64,000 nucleotides of DNA from the NCBI GenBank assembly GCA_000004985.1, contig GG738858.1; one strand, written 5' to 3'. Source of the DNA: Naegleria gruberi. Taxonomy: Eukaryota. Position 1 is the first letter of the stretch. Each line of letters starts with the position of its first letter. Below the pieces are notes generated by a model. It saw only the letters and a list, made by a program, of their open reading frames with translations, did not search any database and had not been told where the DNA came from. The position numbers and the translations under genes are program-made. Of this stretch, positions 40,901 through 52,900 are shown one piece after another.

Positions 40901-43900
40901 NNNNNNNNNNNNNNNNNNNNNNNNNNNNNNNNNNNNNNNNNNNNNNNNNNNNNNNNNNNNNNNNNNNNNNNNNNNNNNNNNNNNNNNNNNNNNNNNNNNN
41001 NNNNNNNNNNNNNNNNNNNNNNNNNNNNNNNNNNNNNNNNNNNNNNNNNNNNNNNNNNNNNNNNNNNNNNNNNNNNNNNNNNNNNNNNNNNNNNNNNNNN
41101 NNNNNNNNNNNNNNNNNNNNNNNNNNNNNNNNNNNNNNNNNNNNNNNNNNNNNNNNNNNNNNNNNNNNNNNNNNNNNNNNNNNNNNNNNNNNNNNNNNNN
41201 NNNNNNNNNNNNNNNNNNNNNNNNNNNNNNNNNNNNNNNNNNNNNNNNNNNNNNNNNNNNNNNNNNNNNNNNNNNNNNNNNNNNNNNNNNNNNNNNNNNN
41301 NNNNNNNNNNNNNNNNNNNNNNNNNNNNNNNNNNNNNNNNNNNNNNNNNNNNNNNNNNNNNNNNNNNNNNNNNNNNNNNNNNNNNNNNNNNNNNNNNNNN
41401 NNNNNNNNNNNNNNNNNNNNNNNNNNNNNNNNNNNNNNNNNNNNNNNNNNNNNNNNNNNNNNNNNNNNNNNNNNNNNNNNNNNNNNNNNNNNNNNNNNNN
41501 NNNNNNNNNNNNNNNNNNNNNNNNNNNNNNNNNNNNNNNNNNNNNNNNNNNNNNNNNNNNNNNNNNNNNNNNNNNNNNNNNNNNNNNNNNNNNNNNNNNN
41601 NNNNNNNNNNNNNNNNNNNNNNNNNNNNNNNNNNNNNNNNNNNNNNNNNNNNNNNNNNNNNNNNNNNNNNNNNNNNNNNNNNNNNNNNNNNNNNNNNNNN
41701 NNNNNNNNNNNNNNNNNNNNNNNNNNNNNNNNNNNNNNNNNNNNNNNNNNNNNNNNNNNNNNNNNNNNNNNNNNNNNNNNNNNNNNNNNNNNNNNNNNNN
41801 NNNNNNNNNNNNNNNNNNNNNNNNNNNNNNNNNNNNNNNNNNNNNNNNNNNNNNNNNNNNNNNNNNNNNNNNNNNNNNNNNNNNNNNNNNNNNNNNNNNN
41901 NNNNNNNNNNNNNNNNNNNNNNNNNNNNNNNNNNNNNNNNNNNNNNNNNNNNNNNNNNNNNNNNNNNNNNNNNNNNNNNNNNNNNNNNNNNNNNNNNNNN
42001 NNNNNNNNNNNNNNNNNNNNNNNNNNNNNNNNNNNNNNNNNNNNNNNNNNNNNNNNNNNNNNNNNNNNNNNNNNNNNNNNNNNNNNNNNNNNNNNNNNNN
42101 NNNNNNNNNNNNNNNNNNNNNNNNNNNNNNNNNNNNNNNNNNNNNNNNNNNNNNNNNNNNNNNNNNNNNNNNNNNNNNNNNNNNNNNNNNNNNNNNNNNN
42201 NNNNNNNNNNNNNNNNNNNNNNNNNNNNNNNNNNNNNNNNNNNNNNNNNNNNNNNNNNNNNNNNNNNNNNNNNNNNNNNNNNNNNNNNNNNNNNNNNNNN
42301 NNNNNNNNNNNNNNNNNNNNNNNNNNNNNNNNNNNNNNNNNNNNNNNNNNNNNNNNNNNNNNNNNNNNNNNNNNNNNNNNNNNNNNNNNNNNNNNNNNNN
42401 NNNNNNNNNNNNNNNNNNNNNNNNNNNNNNNNNNNNNNNNNNNNNNNNNNNNNNNNNNNNNNNNNNNNNNNNNNNNNNNNNNNNNNNNNNNNNNNNNNNN
42501 NNNNNNNNNNNNNNNNNNNNNNNNNNNNNNNNNNNNNNNNNNNNNNNNNNNNNNNNNNNNNNNNNNNNNNNNNNNNNNNNNNNNNNNNNNNNNNNNNNNN
42601 NNNNNNNNNNNNNNNNNNNNNNNNNNNNNNNNNNNNNNNNNNNNNNNNNNNNNNNNNNNNNNNNNNNNNNNNNNNNNNNNNNNNNNNNNNNNNNNNNNNN
42701 NNNNNNNNNNNNNNNNNNNNNNNNNNNNNNNNNNNNNNNNNNNNNNNNNNNNNNNNNNNNNNNNNNNNNNNNNNNNNNNNNNNNNNNNNNNNNNNNNNNN
42801 NNNNNNNNNNNNNNNNNNNNNNNNNNNNNNNNNNNNNNNNNNNNNNNNNNNNNNNNNNNNNNNNNNNNNNNNNNNNNNNNNNNNNNNNNNNNNNNNNNNN
42901 NNNNNNNNNNNNNNNNNNNNNNNNNNNNNNNNNNNNNNNNNNNNNNNNNNNNNNNNNNNNNNNNNNNNNNNNNNNNNNNNNNNNNNNNNNNNNNNNNNNN
43001 NNNNNNNNNNNNNNNNNNNNNNNNNNNNNNNNNNNNNNNNNNNNNNNNNNNNNNNNNNNNNNNNNNNNNNNNNNNNNNNNNNNNNNNNNNNNNNNNNNNN
43101 NNNNNNNNNNNNNNNNNNNNNNNNNNNNNNNNNNNNNNNNNNNNNNNNNNNNNNNNNNNNNNNNNNNNNNNNNNNNNNNNNNNNNNNNNNNNNNNNNNNN
43201 NNNNNNNNNNNNNNNNNNNNNNNNNNNNNNNNNNNNNNNNNNNNNNNNNNNNNNNNNNNNNNNNNNNNNNNNNNNNNNNNNNNNNNNNNNNNNNNNNNNN
43301 NNNNNNNNNNNNNNNNNNNNNNNNNNNNNNNNNNNNNNNNNNNNNNNNNNNNNNNNNNNNNNNNNNNNNNNNNNNNNNNNNNNNNNNNNNNNNNNNNNNN
43401 NNNNNNNNNNNNNNNNNNNNNNNNNNNNNNNNNNNNNNNNNNNNNNNNNNNNNNNNNNNNNNNNNNNNNNNNNNNNNNNNNNNNNNNNNNNNNNNNNNNN
43501 NNNNNNNNNNNNNNNNNNNNNNNNNNNNNNNNNNNNNNNNNNNNNNNNNNNNNNNNNNNNNNNNNNNNNNNNNNNNNNNNNNNNNNNNNNNNNNNNNNNN
43601 NNNNNNNNNNNNNNNNNNNNNNNNNNNNNNNNNNNNNNNNNNNNNNNNNNNNNNNNNNNNNNNNNNNNNNNNNNNNNNNNNNNNNNNNNNNNNNNNNNNN
43701 NNNNNNNNNNNNNNNNNNNNNNNNNNNNNNNNNNNNNNNNNNNNNNNNNNNNNNNNNNNNNNNNNNNNNNNNNNNNNNNNNNNNNNNNNNNNNNNNNNNN
43801 NNNNNNNNNNNNNNNNNNNNNNNNNNNNNNNNNNNNNNNNNNNNNNNNNNNNNNNNNNNNNNNNNNNNNNNNNNNNNNNNNNNNNNNNNNNNNNNNNNNN

Positions 43901-46900
43901 NNNNNNNNNNNNNNNNNNNNNNNNNNNNNNNNNNNNNNNNNNNNNNNNNNNNNNNNNNNNNNNNNNNNNNNNNNNNNNNNNNNNNNNNNNNNNNNNNNNN
44001 NNNNNNNNNNNNNNNNNNNNNNNNNNNNNNNNNNNNNNNNNNNNNNNNNNNNNNNNNNNNNNNNNNNNNNNNNNNNNNNNNNNNNNNNNNNNNNNNNNNN
44101 NNNNNNNNNNNNNNNNNNNNNNNNNNNNNNNNNNNNNNNNNNNNNNNNNNNNNNNNNNNNNNNNNNNNNNNNNNNNNNNNNNNNNNNNNNNNNNNNNNNN
44201 NNNNNNNNNNNNNNNNNNNNNNNNNNNNNNNNNNNNNNNNNNNNNNNNNNNNNNNNNNNNNNNNNNNNNNNNNNNNNNNNNNNNNNNNNNNNNNNNNNNN
44301 NNNNNNNNNNNNNNNNNNNNNNNNNNNNNNNNNNNNNNNNNNNNNNNNNNNNNNNNNNNNNNNNNNNNNNNNNNNNNNNNNNNNNNNNNNNNNNNNNNNN
44401 NNNNNNNNNNNNNNNNNNNNNNNNNNNNNNNNNNNNNNNNNNNNNNNNNNNNNNNNNNNNNNNNNNNNNNNNNNNNNNNNNNNNNNNNNNNNNNNNNNNN
44501 NNNNNNNNNNNNNNNNNNNNNNNNNNNNNNNNNNNNNNNNNNNNNNNNNNNNNNNNNNNNNNNNNNNNNNNNNNNNNNNNNNNNNNNNNNNNNNNNNNNN
44601 NNNNNNNNNNNNNNNNNNNNNNNNNNNNNNNNNNNNNNNNNNNNNNNNNNNNNNNNNNNNNNNNNNNNNNNNNNNNNNNNNNNNNNNNNNNNNNNNNNNN
44701 NNNNNNNNNNNNNNNNNNNNNNNNNNNNNNNNNNNNNNNNNNNNNNNNNNNNNNNNNNNNNNNNNNNNNNNNNNNNNNNNNNNNNNNNNNNNNNNNNNNN
44801 NNNNNNNNNNNNNNNNNNNNNNNNNNNNNNNNNNNNNNNNNNNNNNNNNNNNNNNNNNNNNNNNNNNNNNNNNNNNNNNNNNNNNNNNNNNNNNNNNNNN
44901 NNNNNNNNNNNNNNNNNNNNNNNNNNNNNNNNNNNNNNNNNNNNNNNNNNNNNNNNNNNNNNNNNNNNNNNNNNNNNNNNNNNNNNNNNNNNNNNNNNNN
45001 NNNNNNNNNNNNNNNNNNNNNNNNNNNNNNNNNNNNNNNNNNNNNNNNNNNNNNNNNNNNNNNNNNNNNNNNNNNNNNNNNNNNNNNNNNNNNNNNNNNN
45101 NNNNNNNNNNNNNNNNNNNNNNNNNNNNNNNNNNNNNNNNNNNNNNNNNNNNNNNNNNNNNNNNNNNNNNNNNNNNNNNNNNNNNNNNNNNNNNNNNNNN
45201 NNNNNNNNNNNNNNNNNNNNNNNNNNNNNNNNNNNNNNNNNNNNNNNNNNNNNNNNNNNNNNNNNNNNNNNNNNNNNNNNNNNNNNNNNNNNNNNNNNNN
45301 NNNNNNNNNNNNNNNNNNNNNNNNNNNNNNNNNNNNNNNNNNNNNNNNNNNNNNNNNNNNNNNNNNNNNNNNNNNNNNNNNNNNNNNNNNNNNNNNNNNN
45401 NNNNNNNNNNNNNNNNNNNNNNNNNNNNNNNNNNNNNNNNNNNNNNNNNNNNNNNNNNNNNNNNNNNNNNNNNNNNNNNNNNNNNNNNNNNNNNNNNNNN
45501 NNNNNNNNNNNNNNNNNNNNNNNNNNNNNNNNNNNNNNNNNNNNNNNNNNNNNNNNNNNNNNNNNNNNNNNNNNNNNNNNNNNNNNNNNNNNNNNNNNNN
45601 NNNNNNNNNNNNNNNNNNNNNNNNNNNNNNNNNNNNNNNNNNNNNNNNNNNNNNNNNNNNNNNNNNNNNNNNNNNNNNNNNNNNNNNNNNNNNNNNNNNN
45701 NNNNNNNNNNNNNNNNNNNNNNNNNNNNNNNNNNNNNNNNNNNNNNNNNNNNNNNNNNNNNNNNNNNNNNNNNNNNNNNNNNNNNNNNNNNNNNNNNNNN
45801 NNNNNNNNNNNNNNNNNNNNNNNNNNNNNNNNNNNNNNNNNNNNNNNNNNNNNNNNNNNNNNNNNNNNNNNNNNNNNNNNNNNNNNNNNNNNNNNNNNNN
45901 NNNNNNNNNNNNNNNNNNNNNNNNNNNNNNNNNNNNNNNNNNNNNNNNNNNNNNNNNNNNNNNNNNNNNNNNNNNNNNNNNNNNNNNNNNNNNNNNNNNN
46001 NNNNNNNNNNNNNNNNNNNNNNNNNNNNNNNNNNNNNNNNNNNNNNNNNNNNNNNNNNNNNNNNNNNNNNNNNNNNNNNNNNNNNNNNNNNNNNNNNNNN
46101 NNNNNNNNNNNNNNNNNNNNNNNNNNNNNNNNNNNNNNNNNNNNNNNNNNNNNNNNNNNNNNNNNNNNNNNNNNNNNNNNNNNNNNNNNNNNNNNNNNNN
46201 NNNNNNNNNNNNNNNNNNNNNNNNNNNNNNNNNNNNNNNNNNNNNNNNNNNNNNNNNNNNNNNNNNNNNNNNNNNNNNNNNNNNNNNNNNNNNNNNNNNN
46301 NNNNNNNNNNNNNNNNNNNNNNNNNNNNNNNNNNNNNNNNNNNNNNNNNNNNNNNNNNNNNNNNNNNNNNNNNNNNNNNNNNNNNNNNNNNNNNNNNNNN
46401 NNNNNNNNNNNNNNNNNNNNNNNNNNNNNNNNNNNNNNNNNNNNNNNNNNNNNNNNNNNNNNNNNNNNNNNNNNNNNNNNNNNNNNNNNNNNNNNNNNNN
46501 NNNNNNNNNNNNNNNNNNNNNNNNNNNNNNNNNNNNNNNNNNNNNNNNNNNNNNNNNNNNNNNNNNNNNNNNNNNNNNNNNNNNNNNNNNNNNNNNNNNN
46601 NNNNNNNNNNNNNNNNNNNNNNNNNNNNNNNNNNNNNNNNNNNNNNNNNNNNNNNNNNNNNNNNNNNNNNNNNNNNNNNNNNNNNNNNNNNNNNNNNNNN
46701 NNNNNNNNNNNNNNNNNNNNNNNNNNNNNNNNNNNNNNNNNNNNNNNNNNNNNNNNNNNNNNNNNNNNNNNNNNNNNNNNNNNNNNNNNNNNNNNNNNNN
46801 NNNNNNNNNNNNNNNNNNNNNNNNNNNNNNNNNNNNNNNNNNNNNNNNNNNNNNNNNNNNNNNNNNNNNNNNNNNNNNNNNNNNNNNNNNNNNNNNNNNN

Positions 46901-49900
46901 NNNNNNNNNNNNNNNNNNNNNNNNNNNNNNNNNNNNNNNNNNNNNNNNNNNNNNNNNNNNNNNNNNNNNNNNNNNNNNNNNNNNNNNNNNNNNNNNNNNN
47001 NNNNNNNNNNNNNNNNNNNNNNNNNNNNNNNNNNNNNNNNNNNNNNNNNNNNNNNNNNNNNNNNNNNNNNNNNNNNNNNNNNNNNNNNNNNNNNNNNNNN
47101 NNNNNNNNNNNNNNNNNNNNNNNNNNNNNNNNNNNNNNNNNNNNNNNNNNNNNNNNNNNNNNNNNNNNNNNNNNNNNNNNNNNNNNNNNNNNNNNNNNNN
47201 NNNNNNNNNNNNNNNNNNNNNNNNNNNNNNNNNNNNNNNNNNNNNNNNNNNNNNNNNNNNNNNNNNNNNNNNNNNNNNNNNNNNNNNNNNNNNNNNNNNN
47301 NNNNNNNNNNNNNNNNNNNNNNNNNNNNNNNNNNNNNNNNNNNNNNNNNNNNNNNNNNNNNNNNNNNNNNNNNNNNNNNNNNNNNNNNNNNNNNNNNNNN
47401 NNNNNNNNNNNNNNNNNNNNNNNNNNNNNNNNNNNNNNNNNNNNNNNNNNNNNNNNNNNNNNNNNNNNNNNNNNNNNNNNNNNNNNNNNNNNNNNNNNNN
47501 NNNNNNNNNNNNNNNNNNNNNNNNNNNNNNNNNNNNNNNNNNNNNNNNNNNNNNNNNNNNNNNNNNNNNNNNNNNNNNNNNNNNNNNNNNNNNNNNNNNN
47601 NNNNNNNNNNNNNNNNNNNNNNNNNNNNNNNNNNNNNNNNNNNNNNNNNNNNNNNNNNNNNNNNNNNNNNNNNNNNNNNNNNNNNNNNNNNNNNNNNNNN
47701 NNNNNNNNNNNNNNNNNNNNNNNNNNNNNNNNNNNNNNNNNNNNNNNNNNNNNNNNNNNNNNNNNNNNNNNNNNNNNNNNNNNNNNNNNNNNNNNNNNNN
47801 NNNNNNNNNNNNNNNNNNNNNNNNNNNNNNNNNNNNNNNNNNNNNNNNNNNNNNNNNNNNNNNNNNNNNNNNNNNNNNNNNNNNNNNNNNNNNNNNNNNN
47901 NNNNNNNNNNNNNNNNNNNNNNNNNNNNNNNNNNNNNNNNNNNNNNNNNNNNNNNNNNNNNNNNNNNNNNNNNNNNNNNNNNNNNNNNNNNNNNNNNNNN
48001 NNNNNNNNNNNNNNNNNNNNNNNNNNNNNNNNNNNNNNNNNNNNNNNNNNNNNNNNNNNNNNNNNNNNNNNNNNNNNNNNNNNNNNNNNNNNNNNNNNNN
48101 NNNNNNNNNNNNNNNNNNNNNNNNNNNNNNNNNNNNNNNNNNNNNNNNNNNNNNNNNNNNNNNNNNNNNNNNNNNNNNNNNNNNNNNNNNNNNNNNNNNN
48201 NNNNNNNNNNNNNNNNNNNNNNNNNNNNNNNNNNNNNNNNNNNNNNNNNNNNNNNNNNNNNNNNNNNNNNNNNNNNNNNNNNNNNNNNNNNNNNNNNNNN
48301 NNNNNNNNNNNNNNNNNNNNNNNNNNNNNNNNNNNNNNNNNNNNNNNNNNNNNNNNNNNNNNNNNNNNNNNNNNNNNNNNNNNNNNNNNNNNNNNNNNNN
48401 NNNNNNNNNNNNNNNNNNNNNNNNNNNNNNNNNNNNNNNNNNNNNNNNNNNNNNNNNNNNNNNNNNNNNNNNNNNNNNNNNNNNNNNNNNNNNNNNNNNN
48501 NNNNNNNNNNNNNNNNNNNNNNNNNNNNNNNNNNNNNNNNNNNNNNNNNNNNNNNNNNNNNNNNNNNNNNNNNNNNNNNNNNNNNNNNNNNNNNNNNNNN
48601 NNNNNNNNNNNNNNNNNNNNNNNNNNNNNNNNNNNNNNNNNNNNNNNNNNNNNNNNNNNNNNNNNNNNNNNNNNNNNNNNNNNNNNNNNNNNNNNNNNNN
48701 NNNNNNNNNNNNNNNNNNNNNNNNNNNNNNNNNNNNNNNNNNNNNNNNNNNNNNNNNNNNNNNNNNNNNNNNNNNNNNNNNNNNNNNNNNNNNNNNNNNN
48801 NNNNNNNNNNNNNNNNNNNNNNNNNNNNNNNNNNNNNNNNNNNNNNNNNNNNNNNNNNNNNNNNNNNNNNNNNNNNNNNNNNNNNNNNNNNNNNNNNNNN
48901 NNNNNNNNNNNNNNNNNNNNNNNNNNNNNNNNNNNNNNNNNNNNNNNNNNNNNNNNNNNNNNNNNNNNNNNNNNNNNNNNNNNNNNNNNNNNNNNNNNNN
49001 NNNNNNNNNNNNNNNNNNNNNNNNNNNNNNNNNNNNNNNNNNNNNNNNNNNNNNNNNNNNNNNNNNNNNNNNNNNNNNNNNNNNNNNNNNNNNNNNNNNN
49101 NNNNNNNNNNNNNNNNNNNNNNNNNNNNNNNNNNNNNNNNNNNNNNNNNNNNNNNNNNNNNNNNNNNNNNNNNNNNNNNNNNNNNNNNNNNNNNNNNNNN
49201 NNNNNNNNNNNNNNNNNNNNNNNNNNNNNNNNNNNNNNNNNNNNNNNNNNNNNNNNNNNNNNNNNNNNNNNNNNNNNNNNNNNNNNNNNNNNNNNNNNNN
49301 NNNNNNNNNNNNNNNNNNNNNNNNNNNNNNNNNNNNNNNNNNNNNNNNNNNNNNNNNNNNNNNNNNNNNNNNNNNNNNNNNNNNNNNNNNNNNNNNNNNN
49401 NNNNNNNNNNNNNNNNNNNNNNNNNNNNNNNNNNNNNNNNNNNNNNNNNNNNNNNNNNNNNNNNNNNNNNNNNNNNNNNNNNNNNNNNNNNNNNNNNNNN
49501 NNNNNNNNNNNNNNNNNNNNNNNNNNNNNNNNNNNNNNNNNNNNNNNNNNNNNNNNNNNNNNNNNNNNNNNNNNNNNNNNNNNNNNNNNNNNNNNNNNNN
49601 NNNNNNNNNNNNNNNNNNNNNNNNNNNNNNNNNNNNNNNNNNNNNNNNNNNNNNNNNNNNNNNNNNNNNNNNNNNNNNNNNNNNNNNNNNNNNNNNNNNN
49701 NNNNNNNNNNNNNNNNNNNNNNNNNNNNNNNNNNNNNNNNNNNNNNNNNNNNNNNNNNNNNNNNNNNNNNNNNNNNNNNNNNNNNNNNNNNNNNNNNNNN
49801 NNNNNNNNNNNNNNNNNNNNNNNNNNNNNNNNNNNNNNNNNNNNNNNNNNNNNNNNNNNNNNNNNNNNNNNNNNNNNNNNNNNNNNNNNNNNNNNNNNNN

Positions 49901-52900
49901 NNNNNNNNNNNNNNNNNNNNNNNNNNNNNNNNNNNNNNNNNNNNNNNNNNNNNNNNNNNNNNNNNNNNNNNNNNNNNNNNNNNNNNNNNNNNNNNNNNNN
50001 NNNNNNNNNNNNNNNNNNNNNNNNNNNNNNNNNNNNNNNNNNNNNNNNNNNNNNNNNNNNNNNNNNNNNNNNNNNNNNNNNNNNNNNNNNNNNNNNNNNN
50101 NNNNNNNNNNNNNNNNNNNNNNNNNNNNNNNNNNNNNNNNNNNNNNNNNNNNNNNNNNNNNNNNNNNNNNNNNNNNNNNNNNNNNNNNNNNNNNNNNNNN
50201 NNNNNNNNNNNNNNNNNNNNNNNNNNNNNNNNNNNNNNNNNNNNNNNNNNNNNNNNNNNNNNNNNNNNNNNNNNNNNNNNNNNNNNNNNNNNNNNNNNNN
50301 NNNNNNNNNNNNNNNNNNNNNNNNNNNNNNNNNNNNNNNNNNNNNNNNNNNNNNNNNNNNNNNNNNNNNNNNNNNNNNNNNNNNNNNNNNNNNNNNNNNN
50401 NNNNNNNNNNNNNNNNNNNNNNNNNNNNNNNNNNNNNNNNNNNNNNNNNNNNNNNNNNNNNNNNNNNNNNNNNNNNNNNNNNNNNNNNNNNNNNNNNNNN
50501 NNNNNNNNNNNNNNNNNNNNNNNNNNNNNNNNNNNNNNNNNNNNNNNNNNNNNNNNNNNNNNNNNNNNNNNNNNNNNNNNNNNNNNNNNNNNNNNNNNNN
50601 NNNNNNNNNNNNNNNNNNNNNNNNNNNNNNNNNNNNNNNNNNNNNNNNNNNNNNNNNNNNNNNNNNNNNNNNNNNNNNNNNNNNNNNNNNNNNNNNNNNN
50701 NNNNNNNNNNNNNNNNNNNNNNNNNNNNNNNNNNNNNNNNNNNNNNNNNNNNNNNNNNNNNNNNNNNNNNNNNNNNNNNNNNNNNNNNNNNNNNNNNNNN
50801 NNNNNNNNNNNNNNNNNNNNNNNNNNNNNNNNNNNNNNNNNNNNNNNNNNNNNNNNNNNNNNNNNNNNNNNNNNNNNNNNNNNNNNNNNNNNNNNNNNNN
50901 NNNNNNNNNNNNNNNNNNNNNNNNNNNNNNNNNNNNNNNNNNNNNNNNNNNNNNNNNNNNNNNNNNNNNNNNNNNNNNNNNNNNNNNNNNNNNNNNNNNN
51001 NNNNNNNNNNNNNNNNNNNNNNNNNNNNNNNNNNNNNNNNNNNNNNNNNNNNNNNNNNNNNNNNNNNNNNNNNNNNNNNNNNNNNNNNNNNNNNNNNNNN
51101 NNNNNNNNNNNNNNNNNNNNNNNNNNNNNNNNNNNNNNNNNNNNNNNNNNNNNNNNNNNNNNNNNNNNNNNNNNNNNNNNNNNNNNNNNNNNNNNNNNNN
51201 NNNNNNNNNNNNNNNNNNNNNNNNNNNNNNNNNNNNNNNNNNNNNNNNNNNNNNNNNNNNNNNNNNNNNNNNNNNNNNNNNNNNNNNNNNNNNNNNNNNN
51301 NNNNNNNNNNNNNNNNNNNNNNNNNNNNNNNNNNNNNNNNNNNNNNNNNNNNNNNNNNNNNNNNNNNNNNNNNNNNNNNNNNNNNNNNNNNNNNNNNNNN
51401 NNNNNNNNNNNNNNNNNNNNNNNNNNNNNNNNNNNNNNNNNNNNNNNNNNNNNNNNNNNNNNNNNNNNNNNNNNNNNNNNNNNNNNNNNNNNNNNNNNNN
51501 NNNNNNNNNNNNNNNNNNNNNNNNNNNNNNNNNNNNNNNNNNNNNNNNNNNNNNNNNNNNNNNNNNNNNNNNNNNNNNNNNNNNNNNNNNNNNNNNNNNN
51601 NNNNNNNNNNNNNNNNNNNNNNNNNNNNNNNNNNNNNNNNNNNNNNNNNNNNNNNNNNNNNNNNNNNNNNNNNNNNNNNNNNNNNNNNNNNNNNNNNNNN
51701 NNNNNNNNNNNNNNNNNNNNNNNNNNNNNNNNNNNNNNNNNNNNNNNNNNNNNNNNNNNNNNNNNNNNNNNNNNNNNNNNNNNNNNNNNNNNNNNNNNNN
51801 NNNNNNNNNNNNNNNNNNNNNNNNNNNNNNNNNNNNNNNNNNNNNNNNNNNNNNNNNNNNNNNNNNNNNNNNNNNNNNNNNNNNNNNNNNNNNNNNNNNN
51901 NNNNNNNNNNNNNNNNNNNNNNNNNNNNNNNNNNNNNNNNNNNNNNNNNNNNNNNNNNNNNNNNNNNNNNNNNNNNNNNNNNNNNNNNNNNNNNNNNNNN
52001 NNNNNNNNNNNNNNNNNNNNNNNNNNNNNNNNNNNNNNNNNNNNNNNNNNNNNNNNNNNNNNNNNNNNNNNNNNNNNNNNNNNNNNNNNNNNNNNNNNNN
52101 NNNNNNNNNNNNNNNNNNNNNNNNNNNNNNNNNNNNNNNNNNNNNNNNNNNNNNNNNNNNNNNNNNNNNNNNNNNNNNNNNNNNNNNNNNNNNNNNNNNN
52201 NNNNNNNNNNNNNNNNNNNNNNNNNNNNNNNNNNNNNNNNNNNNNNNNNNNNNNNNNNNNNNNNNNNNNNNNNNNNNNNNNNNNNNNNNNNNNNNNNNNN
52301 NNNNNNNNNNNNNNNNNNNNNNNNNNNNNNNNNNNNNNNNNNNNNNNNNNNNNNNNNNNNNNNNNNNNNNNNNNNNNNNNNNNNNNNNNNNNNNNNNNNN
52401 NNNNNNNNNNNNNNNNNNNNNNNNNNNNNNNNNNNNNNNNNNNNNNNNNNNNNNNNNNNNNNNNNNNNNNNNNNNNNNNNNNNNNNNNNNNNNNNNNNNN
52501 NNNNNNNNNNNNNNNNNNNNNNNNNNNNNNNNNNNNNNNNNNNNNNNNNNNNNNNNNNNNNNNNNNNNNNNNNNNNNNNNNNNNNNNNNNNNNNNNNNNN
52601 NNNNNNNNNNNNNNNNNNNNNNNNNNNNNNNNNNNNNNNNNNNNNNNNNNNNNNNNNNNNNNNNNNNNNNNNNNNNNNNNNNNNNNNNNNNNNNNNNNNN
52701 NNNNNNNNNNNNNNNNNNNNNNNNNNNNNNNNNNNNNNNNNNNNNNNNNNNNNNNNNNNNNNNNNNNNNNNNNNNNNNNNNNNNNNNNNNNNNNNNNNNN
52801 NNNNNNNNNNNNNNNNNNNNNNNNNNNNNNNNNNNNNNNNNNNNNNNNNNNNNNNNNNNNNNNNNNNNNNNNNNNNNNNNNNNNNNNNNNNNNNNNNNNN